In this document: piece after piece, positions 40,624 to 53,700 of the stretch
How positions within the stretch are numbered: position 1 is the stretch's first letter
Layout: each line of letters opens with the position of its first letter
Assembly (NCBI GenBank): GCA_050273025.1
Contig: CP158635.1
Span: 33,542,001-33,606,000 of the forward strand
Direction of reading: 5' to 3'
Source: Cenococcum geophilum
Taxonomy: Eukaryota
DNA: 64,000 bases
The notes under the pieces: generated by a model
Told to the model about the DNA's origin: nothing
The model's database searches: none
The model's input: the letters and a program-made list of their open reading frames with translations, nothing else
Made by a program: the position numbers and the translations under genes

Positions 40624-41702
40624 TATAGCTAAATTACTATATCTTAAAAACTACTAACTTATATACTATATAACTTTAATAAAAGCTATAAAGTATATAT
40701 AAAAGTTTAAATCTAAATTATTAGAATTTATTATTAAGTAGTTATTAAAATATTATATTATAATTTTTATAATTTTTAATAGGAAAATAAACCTACTAGC
40801 TTAGTAGTTTTACTAACTTAGTAGTAAAATATGTTAATAGTTTTAGTAGTATTAATAATAAAGGTAATAGAAGTAGTATAAATAGATTAAATAGTAGTAA
40901 AAAAAGAAGTATAGTTATAGTAATAATAATAATTATTATAAATAAAAGATTAGTAAATATAGGTTTATAGGTTAATAAAAAAAAATATAAAGAGTATTAG
41001 TTTTAAATAAAAGGAAAAAAAAGAAAAATAAAAGAAAATAAAGGTAATAATAAAGGTAGTAATATAGTAAAGAAGGAGGTAGTAAAGTAGTAATTTTAAA
41101 AAGGTAGTAAAAAAAGGAGTAATTTTAGTAGTAGTAAAAGTAATAGTTTTAGAAGTAGTAAAAGTAGTAGTAGTAGTAGTAAATATAGTAGATTTAAAAG
41201 TAAAAAAAAAGGTAGTTTTTAAATAGGTTTTAAGGTTTTAAATAAAGGTTTTTTTAGTTTTAAGGTATTTTTTTAATTTTAGAGTAATTTTTAAAAGTTT
41301 AAAGTAGTTTTTAATAAAGGTAGTAATAGTAATAGAGAAAGTAATTTTTAGTAAGGTTTAATACCCTATAACCTAGCCCTAGCCCTTAGTTCTATACTTA
41401 AGCGGGAAACTATATAGCTAAGGTAGGGTTATATTGCCCCTAGGGGCAAAACCTATATTTTGGTTATTGTAAATAAAGACTTGCCCCTAGGTGTAAGAGC
41501 TTTTTATTACTATATAGACGACTTTAATAGCCTTACCCTAGGGGCAACCGTCTTGTACCTAGGGGTAGCTATTTTACAGCTCTTATACCTAGGGGCAGTT
41601 GTATTAATTACAGGTTCTATATCTAAGGTAACTATCTTATAGCCCTTATACCTAGGGGCAGCTATCTTGCAGCTTTTACACCTAGGGGTAACTATTTTAT
41701 AG

Positions 41703-42421
41703 CTCTTACACCTAGGGGTAAGTAAGTCGCGTTGGTAGACTTACTAAAAGTAGCACTAACTTAAGAAGTTTAAGTAACCCATCTAATAAATAAAACCTTT
41801 CGCTCTTTTACTTTATAACTAACTTATCTATAATTTCTAAAGCTAGATACTAATAATATAAAGCGCTAAAACCTACCTACCCTAAATATAACGGATAAGA
41901 AGTAGTGGCTTTAGGGCCCTAGGTCGAAAGCTTTCTACTTAAAAGAGGTAGATTTAATATATAACTAGGCCGGACTATATTAGCTAGTAATAGTAAAGTT
42001 CCTAATTAATTCTCTTACGCTGGTATAGACTGTTAGCGTAAATAGGCCTATTAACGACGCCTATAAGTAAAGGCTTTATAAAATATTTAAGGAATAGGGT
42101 GTCCTTTAAAAAGACTTAGGGTATTAATTGCAAGTAGCCTACACTAAAGCCTAAGTGCAAAAGATGCTAAACCATATTAACGGCGGACGGGTATATAATA
42201 CTAACGCTAATAGGCTAGGAGATAAATTAGAATATCTATCGTTTAAAGACTAGGATATAGTAATTAGAGAGAAGGCGGAGCTTATAGTAGGCAATTATAG
42301 AGTAGAGGTATTAAAAGAATATTTACGGTGTCTAAAATCCCTAGAGAATAAGTAATGGTGGATTTATAATATATATAATAAAGGTATTTAGCTGCGCCCC
42401 TGGCCTAGCTAACTAAAATTA
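41703..42421 (+). repeat. ~720-bp direct duplication of 47882-48616, including the first exon of the ParB/DUF3723-like gene; preceded by degenerate CCTAGGGG units (41430-41720)
   Basis: Near-identical sequence from GTAAGT(A/G)AGTCGCG through CCTAGCTAACTAAAATTA. Confidence 0.92.
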
Positions 42422-43668
42422 ACTAATACTAACGCGTTTATAGAGTAAGTAGTTTATATAGAACACTAAATCTAAATAATGCGTATACCCCTCTAGCGAA
42501 AGGCAATTCGGCTTATATATTTAATTTCGCTTAATTACCACTAGCAATTATAGTGAATACCCTCTATCTATAATCGACCTTCTATAGCGTTATAATCTTT
42601 GTTAAATATTATAAGGTTTCCGCCTATACAATATTACTAAATTTTATCAACCCTGTTTATAGCGTTATATTTGCGTTTTAGAGGCGTAGGTAAAGGGGGG
42701 AGAGAGGAAAGTATATATTAGGCGAGTTCTGGTTGCTTTAATTTAGCTTAAGGCGATCGCTTAGGCCGATACTAAAATAGTTAATAGTAACTAAGCGAAA
42801 TTAGATACGCATAGCGAATTTAAATTTTACTAAAGGGGGTAAGGCTGGTTATATATATAGCTATAATTAATTACATTAATCTAATTAGCTAATTCTTATT
42901 AATAACGCGTAGACGAATTTTAGTAGGAATATTAGCGACTTAGTTAATTAAGGTATAAGCACGGTAAGAGAGACGTATAAGCCTATATAATTAGATTATC
43001 TATAAATAAGGATCTAAGGCTAATAGAAGCGCCGCTTAAAGTCTTATATAATCCTCTAGTTATATAACTATAATCTGCCTTTAGTATATTAATATGCCGA
43101 AATTAGTTATTATATAACCGTAATCTACGGTTATCTACTAGTGCTATAATAGTAAGCGTATTTGTAGAGGCAGCTTATAAATAGTAGGTAATAGTAGTAA
43201 TAGTTAAATTAATTTGCGTACTGCCTTATAAATTACTATATAATCTAATTAATAAACTTAGGAGTAAGTAGATGGTATTATAGGAAGTATTTATTAGCGA
43301 CTTAGTTAATTAAGGTATAAGTACGGTATAGGGGACGCGCAAGCCTGTATAATCGGTAGTCTATTAATGAGGATATTAAGATAAGGATTAGAAGAAGGTT
43401 AAGGAAAGGACAGGTCTATATATATAGCGTTAAGTCTCTAGTTAAGCCCCTAACGAGGGTCTATAATAGCGCCGTAACAGTATTATAGGTAGTAAGAACG
43501 GTAGTGTAGGCGTAACTATTATAGAGGTATATAATATTGCGAAAGATAGTATAATAATTTATATATAGCGTTCTTATTACTTATAATAAAAAGAATAAAT
43601 AATAAACATCTATATTAACAGTTGAAAATATCTTTAAGATATACCTTTAAGTAGAATATACTTAATAG

Positions 43669-43868
43669 TATAACGGTTTAGATAATTAGTAACCTACACC
43701 ATTATATAATTACGTGGCGCCAAGGCGCCAAGGCCTTAGCGCCCCCTTTCTCTATATATAGTCTACACCCGCTACCTTTATAGTTCCTTACTTTAGTCTA
43801 CTTATAATATAGCCCTATATTATTGCTTAATCTATTAAATCACTTTTATAAGATTGCTAGCCGTAATA
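43669..43868 (+). mobile_element. Solo LTR, family D (200 bp)
   Basis: TATAACGG...CCGTAATA (RIP of TGT...ACA); TSD AATAG on both sides. Strand is arbitrary. Confidence 0.88.
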
Positions 43869-46669
43869 AATAGTATAACTACTTTAATATCTTTAAGATA
43901 GAATTACCCTAAGCTTTAATTAATAAACCTAATTTAAATAAGTTAGCCTTTAGTGTAATATAGAACGCTATAACTAAACTTTACTAGTTATTAGATTTAT
44001 AATAAAACTAGTCTTAAAGGCTAGTATTTTTATATAGATAGAAACTATCTAAGACTAGATATATTAATAGTAATACTAATTTCTTTAATTTTACTAAAGT
44101 AAGAAGTCCTCTAATAACTTCTATAAATTATAATAAATAGTGTATAGATAGTTATAACCAGTAGTAGATAGAGTTAGGCCTAGATATATACTTAACAATT
44201 AATAAAAACATAGTTAATTAGCGCTGCTACTTGCTATAGAAACTTAGCTTAATTATTAGGCCAGTACTAATATCTCTACTAGGTGTTATAGCTTAAATAA
44301 ATACTATATTATAAAGATACTAAGCTAAAGAGGAAGAAAAGGGGTTGCTAGGACTACTGTAAATAAATATATAAATAAATATATAGAGTTAGCCGCTAAG
44401 GCGCTAGTAGTAGGCGAGCTAATTATAAGTTAGTAGAATATAACAGAATTTAGTAGGTGGCGTGCCGTAGCGCCGTTATAACATTGCATTTATATAGCTT
44501 TTACTAGTAAAATAGGTGCCTAAGTAGAACCTTAGCTACCCTAACCGCCTACTAAGCCGCTACTAATTAAAAGATTTAGGTAGTAAAGTTACTACTAAAA
44601 GTTACTGCCTAGATCCTAGCCGTATAGCCTGCCCTACTTACGCTCTATACTTATAAGTTTGGAATAGTAGTAGTATAAAGGCTGCCTAATCTCTATTCCC
44701 CTACTAATATTTCTATAACTGAATAAATAAATATAATCTTTAGCTAGTTATAGCCAAGGTGCGTTCTATTACCTTTTACTATTAGATTTGCCGTACTTAG
44801 TAATACTTAGCTTTACTAAACCTCCCTTAAGAAGCTATATAGAAGTCCTATTATAAATTTATCTAACTATAATCTAACTTATAATTAACATAGGTCTTCT
44901 AAACTAGGAAAGAGATAACTACTCTAATCTAAAGCCAGATATATTAAGACGTAAATGCGGTATTTTAATGTTTCGCGAATTATTAGACCGTATATAACCC
45001 TAAAGGGCTAGTTCTAAAATATATTACGAGATATAATGCTATATAATAGGCTAGGATAACCTATCCTCCTAGCCAACGAGTTATTGCATATATTTTGTAG
45101 AAGGATAAACTAGAGAAGGATTGCTCTAAGTATAGAGGGGAAACACTGCCAGAGACACCCTAAGACGATAAAGGACTTAATTTAGAGACTATATATCTAA
45201 AGCAATTTCTTATACTTACCTTAACTATAGCGCTAGTTCGGATTTTATTTCTATAATTCGCTCCTTTTTAATCTATTTACTATTTCCTACTCCGTTCTCC
45301 CGCCCTAGTAACTACTATAAGTATAAATTTTCGCTTAATAGATCTAACTATCCTGTAGGGTAAAAATCCTAAACATAGTAAGTATATACTAGAGTTATAT
45401 AGTTTAAGCATTTTACCACTTTCTATTAATTAGGCTTATATAGTAGACTTAATATAGTATTACTAGTAATTCTTCCTTCTGTAGCTTACTAATAATATTA
45501 AAATTATAGACAAACCATCGCTTTATTGGCTGGAGTGATTTAAACTTAGGTAAAATATATATGCTATTAAAACCTAAGAGGTTTATATCTGGGTTAAAAT
45601 CCTAGTATAGAACTTTAGAGCAGAGTATTTATCTAAGAGTATTAGGTTACTAATTTATTTTACTAGGTATATTTATTACGCAGATATATATAATTATATG
45701 CGTTTAAGTGGAGTTAATACTTTCCATATAAGGCTATAAAAGGGGGTTTCGGTAGCGCAAAATAGAGTAATCCTTAAGAAAGTAGACTAAATATTTAATC
45801 TGCTTATTATATTAACTATTATAAAGTTTAGGAATAATTGCCTTACTTACTACTATAAAGGAATTAAACAGCCGAACTTATTTTAATCGCTAGTAAAAGA
45901 AGTAGCTATATTAGCAAGCTTAGACGTAATTCCGTTAGTGCGGATTTTTAATTAGTCCGTAATATAACGGTTATAATATTATATAACCTACGGCGCTTAT
46001 TTAGGTATATATATATTAAACTATAAGCTATAACTTATAGAATAAGGTATAAGTAATACTAGGAAATACGAAATAAGGTATATATACGGGCTTATATAAA
46101 AATATAGTAAGATTAAAGGAAGCGTAATTATATAATATAGTACTAGTGCCTTTTAGGCTTAGTGCCTCCGGGCGGAATAAACTTTATTATTATTACTATA
46201 AGCTATAAAGTCGATCTTAATCTTCTTTATATACTATCCTTTTAGCTAGTAGTTCGGCCATTATATATAAGCTAACTAACTATAGCATCTCTATAATTCT
46301 AGTAGTTAGCATAACTACCTCTACACGGCCTTTTTATAGGGGAAGTTTTAGTATTTTTATTATTTAAGGGAAAGTTAATAAAATACGCTAACCACTAAAC
46401 GTGCCTGGGGGCTATATATATTTATACTATATTACTAGAATTACATCTTTTTCTAACACTACTAGAAGAAGTAGAGAGATATTTAAGAAAAATATATATA
46501 GCGCTTCTAGGTAAATATACCCGTAGACTATATAACTCCTATTAAAAAAAAGGTGTCCTAGTATCCTAGCCTGGGATATACACCTATTCTATAGCCTACT
46601 TAGGCATATTATACTCCTAAACTTTAGGTTATAAATAGAAAATTTTATATAGTTTTAATATATTTAGCT

Positions 46670-47185
46670 ATTTCTTTTAGTATATTAATATGCCGGAATA
46701 AGGGTTTTTTTTAATATTATAATATAGTAAAATTGGGTTCTTTTAGCATCTTAATATACTGAAATTAACTTCTTTTAGCATCCTAATATGCTAAAATTAA
46801 ACTTCTTTTAGTATCCTAATATGCTAAAATCAACTTTTTTTAGTATCCTAATATGCCGAAATAAACTTCTTTTAGTATCTTAATATGCTAAAATCAACTT
46901 CTTTATTATGGCTAGCGATCCTATAAAAGCGATTTAATAGATTAAGCAATAATATAGGGCTATATTATAAGTAAACTAAAGTAAAAAGTTATAAAGGTAG
47001 CGGGTGTAGACTATATATAGAGAAAGGGGGCGCTAAGGCCCTAGCGCCTTAGCGCTACGTAACTATATAACGGTGTAGGTTACTAATTATCTAAACTGTT
47101 ATATTCTTTAGCATCCTAACATGCCGAAATTAACTTCTTTTTATACGTTAATATAGTGAAATTAACTTCCCTTAGTATATTAATG
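46670..47185 (-). repeat. ~32-bp palindromic-unit array (~10 units) interrupted by a solo LTR
   Basis: + strand unit TTTTAGCATCCTAACATGCCGAAATCAACTTC; reverse complement of the units at 13455, 54755 and 57472. Confidence 0.88.
46904..47103 (-). mobile_element. Solo LTR, family D (200 bp), inverted relative to 43669-43868
   Basis: Reverse complement of 43669-43868; has its own TSD TTCTT (46899-46903 and 47104-47108). Confidence 0.88.
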
Positions 47186-47311
47186 CAACGGTACTAGGGT
47201 ATATTACTTACTATATTCTGCCTATTATAGACCTTATATTAAAAGTATTATAAATACTTATTAGGGAGATAGATAAGCTATAAGAGATAGTATAAGCTAT
47301 AACGGAAACAG

Positions 47312-47897
47312 TTATAACGGTCTTATACCTAAGGGTAAACGTCCTACACCTAAAGGCAACTCTTATATCTAGGGGTAACGGTTTTATACTCTTATACCTA
47401 GGGGTAACGGTCTTATACCTAGGGGTAAATATTCTACACTCTTGCACCTAGGGGCAGCGGTCTTATACCTAGGGGCAACGGTCTTATACCTAAGGGCAAC
47501 GGTCTTATACCTAAGGGTAATAGTCTTATACCTAAGGGCAACGGTCTTATATTTAGGGGCAACGGTCTTATACCTAGGGGTAATAATCTTGTACTTAGGG
47601 GCAACGGTCTTATATCTAGGGGTAATAGTCTTATACTTAGGGGCAACGGTCTTATATCTAGGGGTAATAGTTTTATACTTAGGGGCAACGGTCTTATACC
47701 TAGGGGCAACGGTCTTATACCTAGGGGTAATAGTTTTACACCTAGGGGTAATAGTTTTGCACTTAGGGGTAACGGTCTTATACCTAGGGATAACGGTTTT
47801 ATACCTAGCGGCAACGGTCTTATACCTAAAAGCAATAGTCTTATACCTAAGGGCAACTATCTTATACCTAGGGGTAACTATTTTATACCTAGGGGTA
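47312..47897. repeat. 21-bp minisatellite CTTATACCTAGGGGCAACGGT (about 28 units)
   Basis: Regular period; explains the ORFs at 47211-47912. Confidence 0.95.
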
Positions 47898-48069
47898 AGT
47901 GAGTCGCGCTAGTGGCCTTACTAAAAGTAGCACCAACTTAAGAAGTCTAAGTAACCTCCCTGTTATGCCTCCTATTTAATAAATAAAACCTTTTACTTTC
48001 TACTTTATAACTAACTTATCTATAATTATAAAGCTAAATATTATTAATATAAAGCGCTGTAACTAATCC

Positions 48070-50340
48070 TCCCCTAATATAACGGAAAAGAAGCAGCGGC
48101 TCTAAGGCTCTAGGTTAAAAGCTTCCTATTTAAAGGAGATAGATTTAATATATAACTAGGCCAGGCTATATTAGCTAATAACAGCGAAGTTCCTAATCGA
48201 TTCTCTTACGCTAGTATAGACTGTTGGCGTAAACCGGCCTATTAACAACGCCTATAAGCGAAGGCTTTATAAAATATTTAAGGAATAGGGTGTCTTTTAA
48301 AAAGACTTAGGGTATTAATTATAAGTAGCCTATACTAAAGCCTAAGTGTAAAAGATACTAGACTATATTAACGGCGGACGGGTATATAATACTAACGATA
48401 ATAGGCTAAGAGATGAATTAGAATATCTATCGTTTAAAAGCTAGGATATAGTAATTAGAAAGAAGGCGGAGCTTATAGTGGGTAATTATAGAGTAAAGGT
48501 ATTAAAAGAATATTTATAGTGTCTAAAATCCCTAGAGAATAAGTAATAGTGGATTTATAATATATATAATAAAGGTATTATTTTGCTGCGCCTTTAAACC
48601 TAGCTAACTAAAATTAGCTAACTCTAATATAGATATATTACCACCCTATCTAAATATTAAGCTCCGCGCTAATTAAGAAGATTTAGTTTTACCTAATAAC
48701 TATAGCTAAATATAGGTAGAGCTGGCTACTTTATTATTTACGGATAGTACTCTTTTTTAAGGATTAAACACGGTAGTAAAATAGTAAATGCTAAATCTTT
48801 TAGGACTTAGCGGTTGGATTAAATTCCTAGTTAGACGGCTAGGTACTCTTTAAAGAAATAAAAATTAGAGGCTAATAATTATAAAATAGTGTAAGTTCTT
48901 AGTAGGCTAAGTAATATTTAACATTTTAACATTTAAATAGATGGCTAGCTATAGGATTAATAATGTAAGTAAATTATATAATAGAGCTCCCTAGAAAAAT
49001 GCTAACGATATTTATAGTTCTAGTTTAATACTTTTAACTAAGTAATTAACTTAGTATCTTAAATCCGCGGTTAAGTTAAAATCAACGTCTAATTAAATAA
49101 CTAGATTAAGTTAGCGAGCCTTCCGCATAACCGCACCCCTAAGGATATTTAAAAGTTATTTTACCCTAAGTTTAAGAATAATATAAACGCTAATCTGCTA
49201 GAGCTTCGCCGGTAAGATCTCTTTATAGCAGTAGATAATAAATTATATAACAATCTATATAAATTTGTGCTTTTAAAACTAGAGCTAAGCTTTACTAATA
49301 TTTACTCTCTTCTTAAGATTATAAAATAGGAAGGAAAGGTAATAAGTATAGTAATATCTTATATTAGCTAGTGGCTAAATTACAACCCTATAAAGGTTAC
49401 TAAGTATAATAGTAATAAACCTCCACTATAAAACGATTTTCTACTAGCTTTACGGGAGAAGTACAGCAAAGAAGTAGATAAGTAGTTATTAGAACTTTAA
49501 AACTGGGTCCTAAAATACGTAAGGGATAATATTAGTAAGTTTACCTACCTAGTAATAGAGCATTACCTGCAAGAATACCTATATAGTAACGGTATAGCTT
49601 ATACTAAACGATTTAAATATAAGACCTAAAAAGGTATATTAATTATTATTCTTAACATTGCTAGTCTATATCTTTAGTATAATATACTACTATAATATAA
49701 CACCGAGGACCTAAGAGAGATGTGCTCTAAACCAGTATCTGTAATTGCTTAAGCCGTATATAAAATTATTGGCCGTATACCAAAAATACTGCAAAATCCT
49801 ACTCTTAATAAAAACAACGCTATAGACAACCTACGTAAAACGATTAAACTATTAATTATAAGATGGGTGGTAAGGCGATACGCTAAAGCGTTAAAGAGCC
49901 CCGCTAAACATTAGTAGCTATTAGTAATTAAGATAATAGAGGTATAGTACGCAAAATATATAGCACTAGGGAAAAAAGACGTGCCTTCGCTAGCCTTAAA
50001 CCCGCTAAAATATAATCTACTAATATCTAAGGAGGAACTACGGGGAGGTAGTGCGTATAGTATCGGATCTAGTAGGTATAAGTTAAAAGTAGAGCGGCCT
50101 AATATAAAAGGGCTTAAGAACGGGCCTATAGCTGGCTATATTAGTGCACTAGCTTCTATATATTGTTAATAGGTAAAAGATCTATTATAGCTAATACTAA
50201 AGGGCTTATAAAAACTTTAAAACTTATACTATAATCGGACCTAGTTAGAACCGCTAAATAATAGGCTAGAGACTTAAAGGGTAGGTAGGAAAGAAGGGAG
50301 TAGAAGTAGTAATATATTAGGCGGTATCTAGCTAACATAA
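48070..50340 (+). pseudogene. RIP-killed spliced gene with a ParB-like N-terminus, resembling the DUF3723 family (Starship-associated)
   Basis: De-RIP reading G.GCL.ED..YQL.VA...AELMVGNHRVEVLKEYL...RWWICDIYDK|D.LP..LNIKLRAN......DNHGQIW. Introns GT..GCTAAC..AG at 48575-48632 and 48965-49017 keep the frame. Family call is by motif recall only. Confidence 0.55.
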
Positions 50341-50709
50341 CTATAATTATTAACTACGGCTAAGGGTTCTTAGGCTTAGAGGAAATATATAATATAAAGT
50401 TTAAATATATAATTATTAGATTTACGTATTTAAATTTAGCTTTATTATAAAATAATACTAAATACTAGAACGGTATTAATTGGCACGCTAAAATAATATA
50501 CTTTCCCCCTAATATTTAGTAGGTACCTTACCCCTAGGGGATCCCCCTCTTATTATATCTATTAGTAGTAGATACCTAAAGGTCTAGCAAATACTAATAA
50601 ATTTATTTTATTTATCTTAAATATAAGTACTAAATTCTTTAACAAAGCATATCGCTTACTTAGTGGTAGGTTATAGCCCTTATATACTAAGTTTTTATAG
50701 ATACTAATA

Positions 50710-53700
50710 TGGTATAAAAATAGACGATACCTTACTTAATAGGGAGTTAAGTATTAGCAAGGCTAATAATAGCAAGGTTAATAACAGCGACTTTAATAGG
50801 GACTTAGATAATGATAACAGCCTATATTATAGAGAAATATCTATATACTATAAATAGGACCTTAAAAACAGAAGCTTTAGGGATAAGAAGTAGATAGATA
50901 TAGCATTTAATTTATATTCCTAGAAAATTAATCACTTAAAGGGCGAGCATAAGCTTAAAGGTATACTATATTCTACTAGTTTTGCTATATTCTAATATAT
51001 AAGGATAAAGCTAAAGAATTATAGTATAGGATCTGACTAAGAAGACGGACTCTTCCTATTTCGACGGATATTAAGCAATTAAAATACTATAGCAGCTCTA
51101 TATAATTAACTATAGGAGTAAAAAAGTAGGGTTAAAGGCGGCAGTAGTAGACGATAAGTACCACTATACCTTTTACCTTAACCTATTAATTATTATTAGC
51201 TAACTACTTAGGCCAATTACGCAGTTAAACAGCCAGTTTTTTAATAACATTACTATAACTTTTAAGAACTAGCGGGCCTTATATAGCAGTAAGTATATAT
51301 ATAGTCTACCGTTTAATCTAAAGCACCATACCTTTTAACTGGCTATAGTAGTAATAAGGGAGGTATAGTACGTTATAATGCATCTAATTACGCCTATAAT
51401 AACCGATTTACCTTAGTTAAGGTAGGAGTATTAGAAGCGCCTTAATAAGTCGTCTTAGTCTAGTGTATTATAGCTTTACTATATATATTTTCTCGCGGAA
51501 TATATTAAGCGAGTCTTCTTTATCGGCGACCTTTTTAGAGAGGGTGTTAAGCCTTTATAGACGCTTAATGGCTTATAGTTATAGAAGATTACGTTTAATA
51601 AGTGGACTATTTTTTAAAATAGGTTTATAAAGGAATAGGAGAGTTATATATAAGAATGCTTATATAACAATTTTTAGATAAAAAACCAGCCGGCATTTTA
51701 CGCTTATAACTATGGCGCGAATATAGAGATTAAAGTTAATAAGTAGGTCTAAACCCTATATAAAGAAACCCGTCTTTACCAAAATAATAAAAAGTTTAAG
51801 TCGGAGTTAGAGGATAGCGAGGATAATACCTAAGTAGAGGTATCTAGCTAGAGTAATATAGGAGAAGTGTTAAAAGCGGCCGAAGAGGTTAAATACTAAA
51901 GCCTATATACTAAGGGCCTTTATTAGCTTTAAACCGAATTAGAATAGAAGTATATACTTAACAATATTAGCAGTATATTATATGCTTTAACGGTTAATAC
52001 TTACTACCTAAATATAAAGTCCCCTAACGCAAATAATAAGCTTATATATTATCTCTTAGCTAACTAAAATAAAGTTTTAAAAGAGTATCACGGCCCTTAG
52101 GACTTTACGTTCTATTTACTAGCCTTTTACCTAGTATACAGTAACTTCTTATTATTTTAGCCACCTTTATTTTTTATAAATAACCTTTTCGCGGTTATAA
52201 AAGATAATATAAGCTACTAAAACGATGGCGCTGATATACTTAGCTATAGGTATTTCCAGGCATACTTTAATATTAAGTATAGTATCTGTTACGGACTAGA
52301 TAAGCTTCTTACTACTAAAGGTATAGTAACGGCAGCGCTTACTCTCCCTAAAACTAAGGCTAATACCTCCTCTATATATATAAGGGCAAAACGTTAACGG
52401 CTTTTACGGATGCTATAAGGCCCTAATTTATCTAAGCCGTTTACATGCAAGTGGTAGCGTATTAAAGCGGCAATTATAGAAGAAGAATTTTCCTTTTAAA
52501 TAGAATAGGTGCTGACTATTTAAGTGTCTAGGCTAATAGATAGCCGCCGAAGTTTTTTAACGGTGCTTAATCCAATCTTTTAGCTAATGCGTTTCTACCT
52601 TAAGAAATGTTATTGCTATATATATATACTCCAGTTCTTTTAACCCTCAGTCTTCCCTAGTATACTTTGCTCTTTTACTAAAATATTTAGGTTTATAATT
52701 AATAAAGTATATAGTAGGTTTAAGGCTAGGGGTTTAAAAGGGCTAAGTATCGCTTTAGTAGAAGGCGTGTCCGCATTTAACCGCTTAGGGAGTTACTACT
52801 TTATAGGGTTCCCTAAATCCCTAATAGGCTTAATCTTTAGCCTTTTAGGAATAATAGATAGTATATAGCAAGGAGCGTAGCTATATATTAACCCTTAAAT
52901 ATTAGACCTTAGAGATATTAGAGGCAGCCTTTACCTTAGCTAGTAGCCATAGGGTAAAAATAACCAACTGTTGCTTATATATATAGCTTCTATTAGCTTT
53001 TACTATAGTTTAAAGGTTGTAGTAAGTTGTTATAATAACGTCTAGTTTAAAAAGCTTAGTAGTATATTAATTAGAGGACTAAGTAGAGCAGCTAAATTCT
53101 TAAAAGACTTATTTTATAATTTATAGATACCGTAAACGGTTAGGTTTATTAATTACTAATTTAACTATATACTTAGGTAGGGTAATTAGGGTATGGATAG
53201 GATAAAAAAGGAGGTATAGCTGCTAGAGGATTAACAGGCATTAATACGGCGATAGTTATAATATAACCATCCATTTTTTTAGGCGTATATTAATAATGCA
53301 CGTTAAGTCCTATAGCTAACGTTTAGGGTAGAGAGTACGAACTAGTTATATTATACTTTATACTAAAAAAGGTCTTATCCTTAACCTATACGTTAACTAA
53401 GGTTTAGTAAGACTTCTCTTAGGAGCTCTATAATAGCTACGGTAAAGATAATAAGTTAATAACTAGATCATTTTTGTTATTATATACTACGTAGGTCTTG
53501 GTTCTTTATATAGCTATTTAATATATAGCTAAAGGGTTAGTGGATAAGAAATAGTGGATTAATGCATTATTAGTTGCGATGCTTTTAAATTGGATTAAAT
53601 GCGTTCCTAGGACATATTAATTAAGGCTTAGCTATTAGAGGGTTGTTAAGCTAGTGGGCTATATACTACTAGTATTAGCGCTTATAGTAAGACCTAGCAG

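Larger units (their letters stand above)
16671..40834. mobile_element. Foldback MITE (~430 bp, pogo/Fot1-type ends) split into 16671-16820, 33822-33891 and 40629-40834
   Basis: TA|ACGTATTTTACTACTAAG ... CTTAGTAGTAAAATATGT|TA; 16671-16820 is the reverse complement of ~40685-40834; 33811-33866 is the reverse complement of ~40640-40695; no transposase. Confidence 0.85.

Noticed and set aside
43874..46660. Additional relic genes between the solo LTRs
   Set aside because: Some coding-like frames (e.g. ~44956-45180) but no motif I could recognise; left unannotated.
43669..47103. 3.4-kb DNA transposon with 200-bp terminal inverted repeats
   Set aside because: Each repeat has TG..CA-type ends and its own different 5-bp TSD, so they are two solo LTRs; no transposase recognised between them.
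46670..47897. CRISPR array
   Set aside because: Units are head-to-tail with no unique spacers, there are no cas genes, and the context is eukaryotic RIP-mutated DNA.
47211..47912. Heptad-repeat ORFs (LGIRPLP / LGATVLY), also 41460-41642
   Set aside because: By-products of the 21-bp minisatellite; open on both strands with no unique domain.
49981..50338. ORFs 49981-50169 and 50156-50338 as independent genes
   Set aside because: The first is a stop-free fragment of the larger RIP-killed gene; the second is its antisense shadow.
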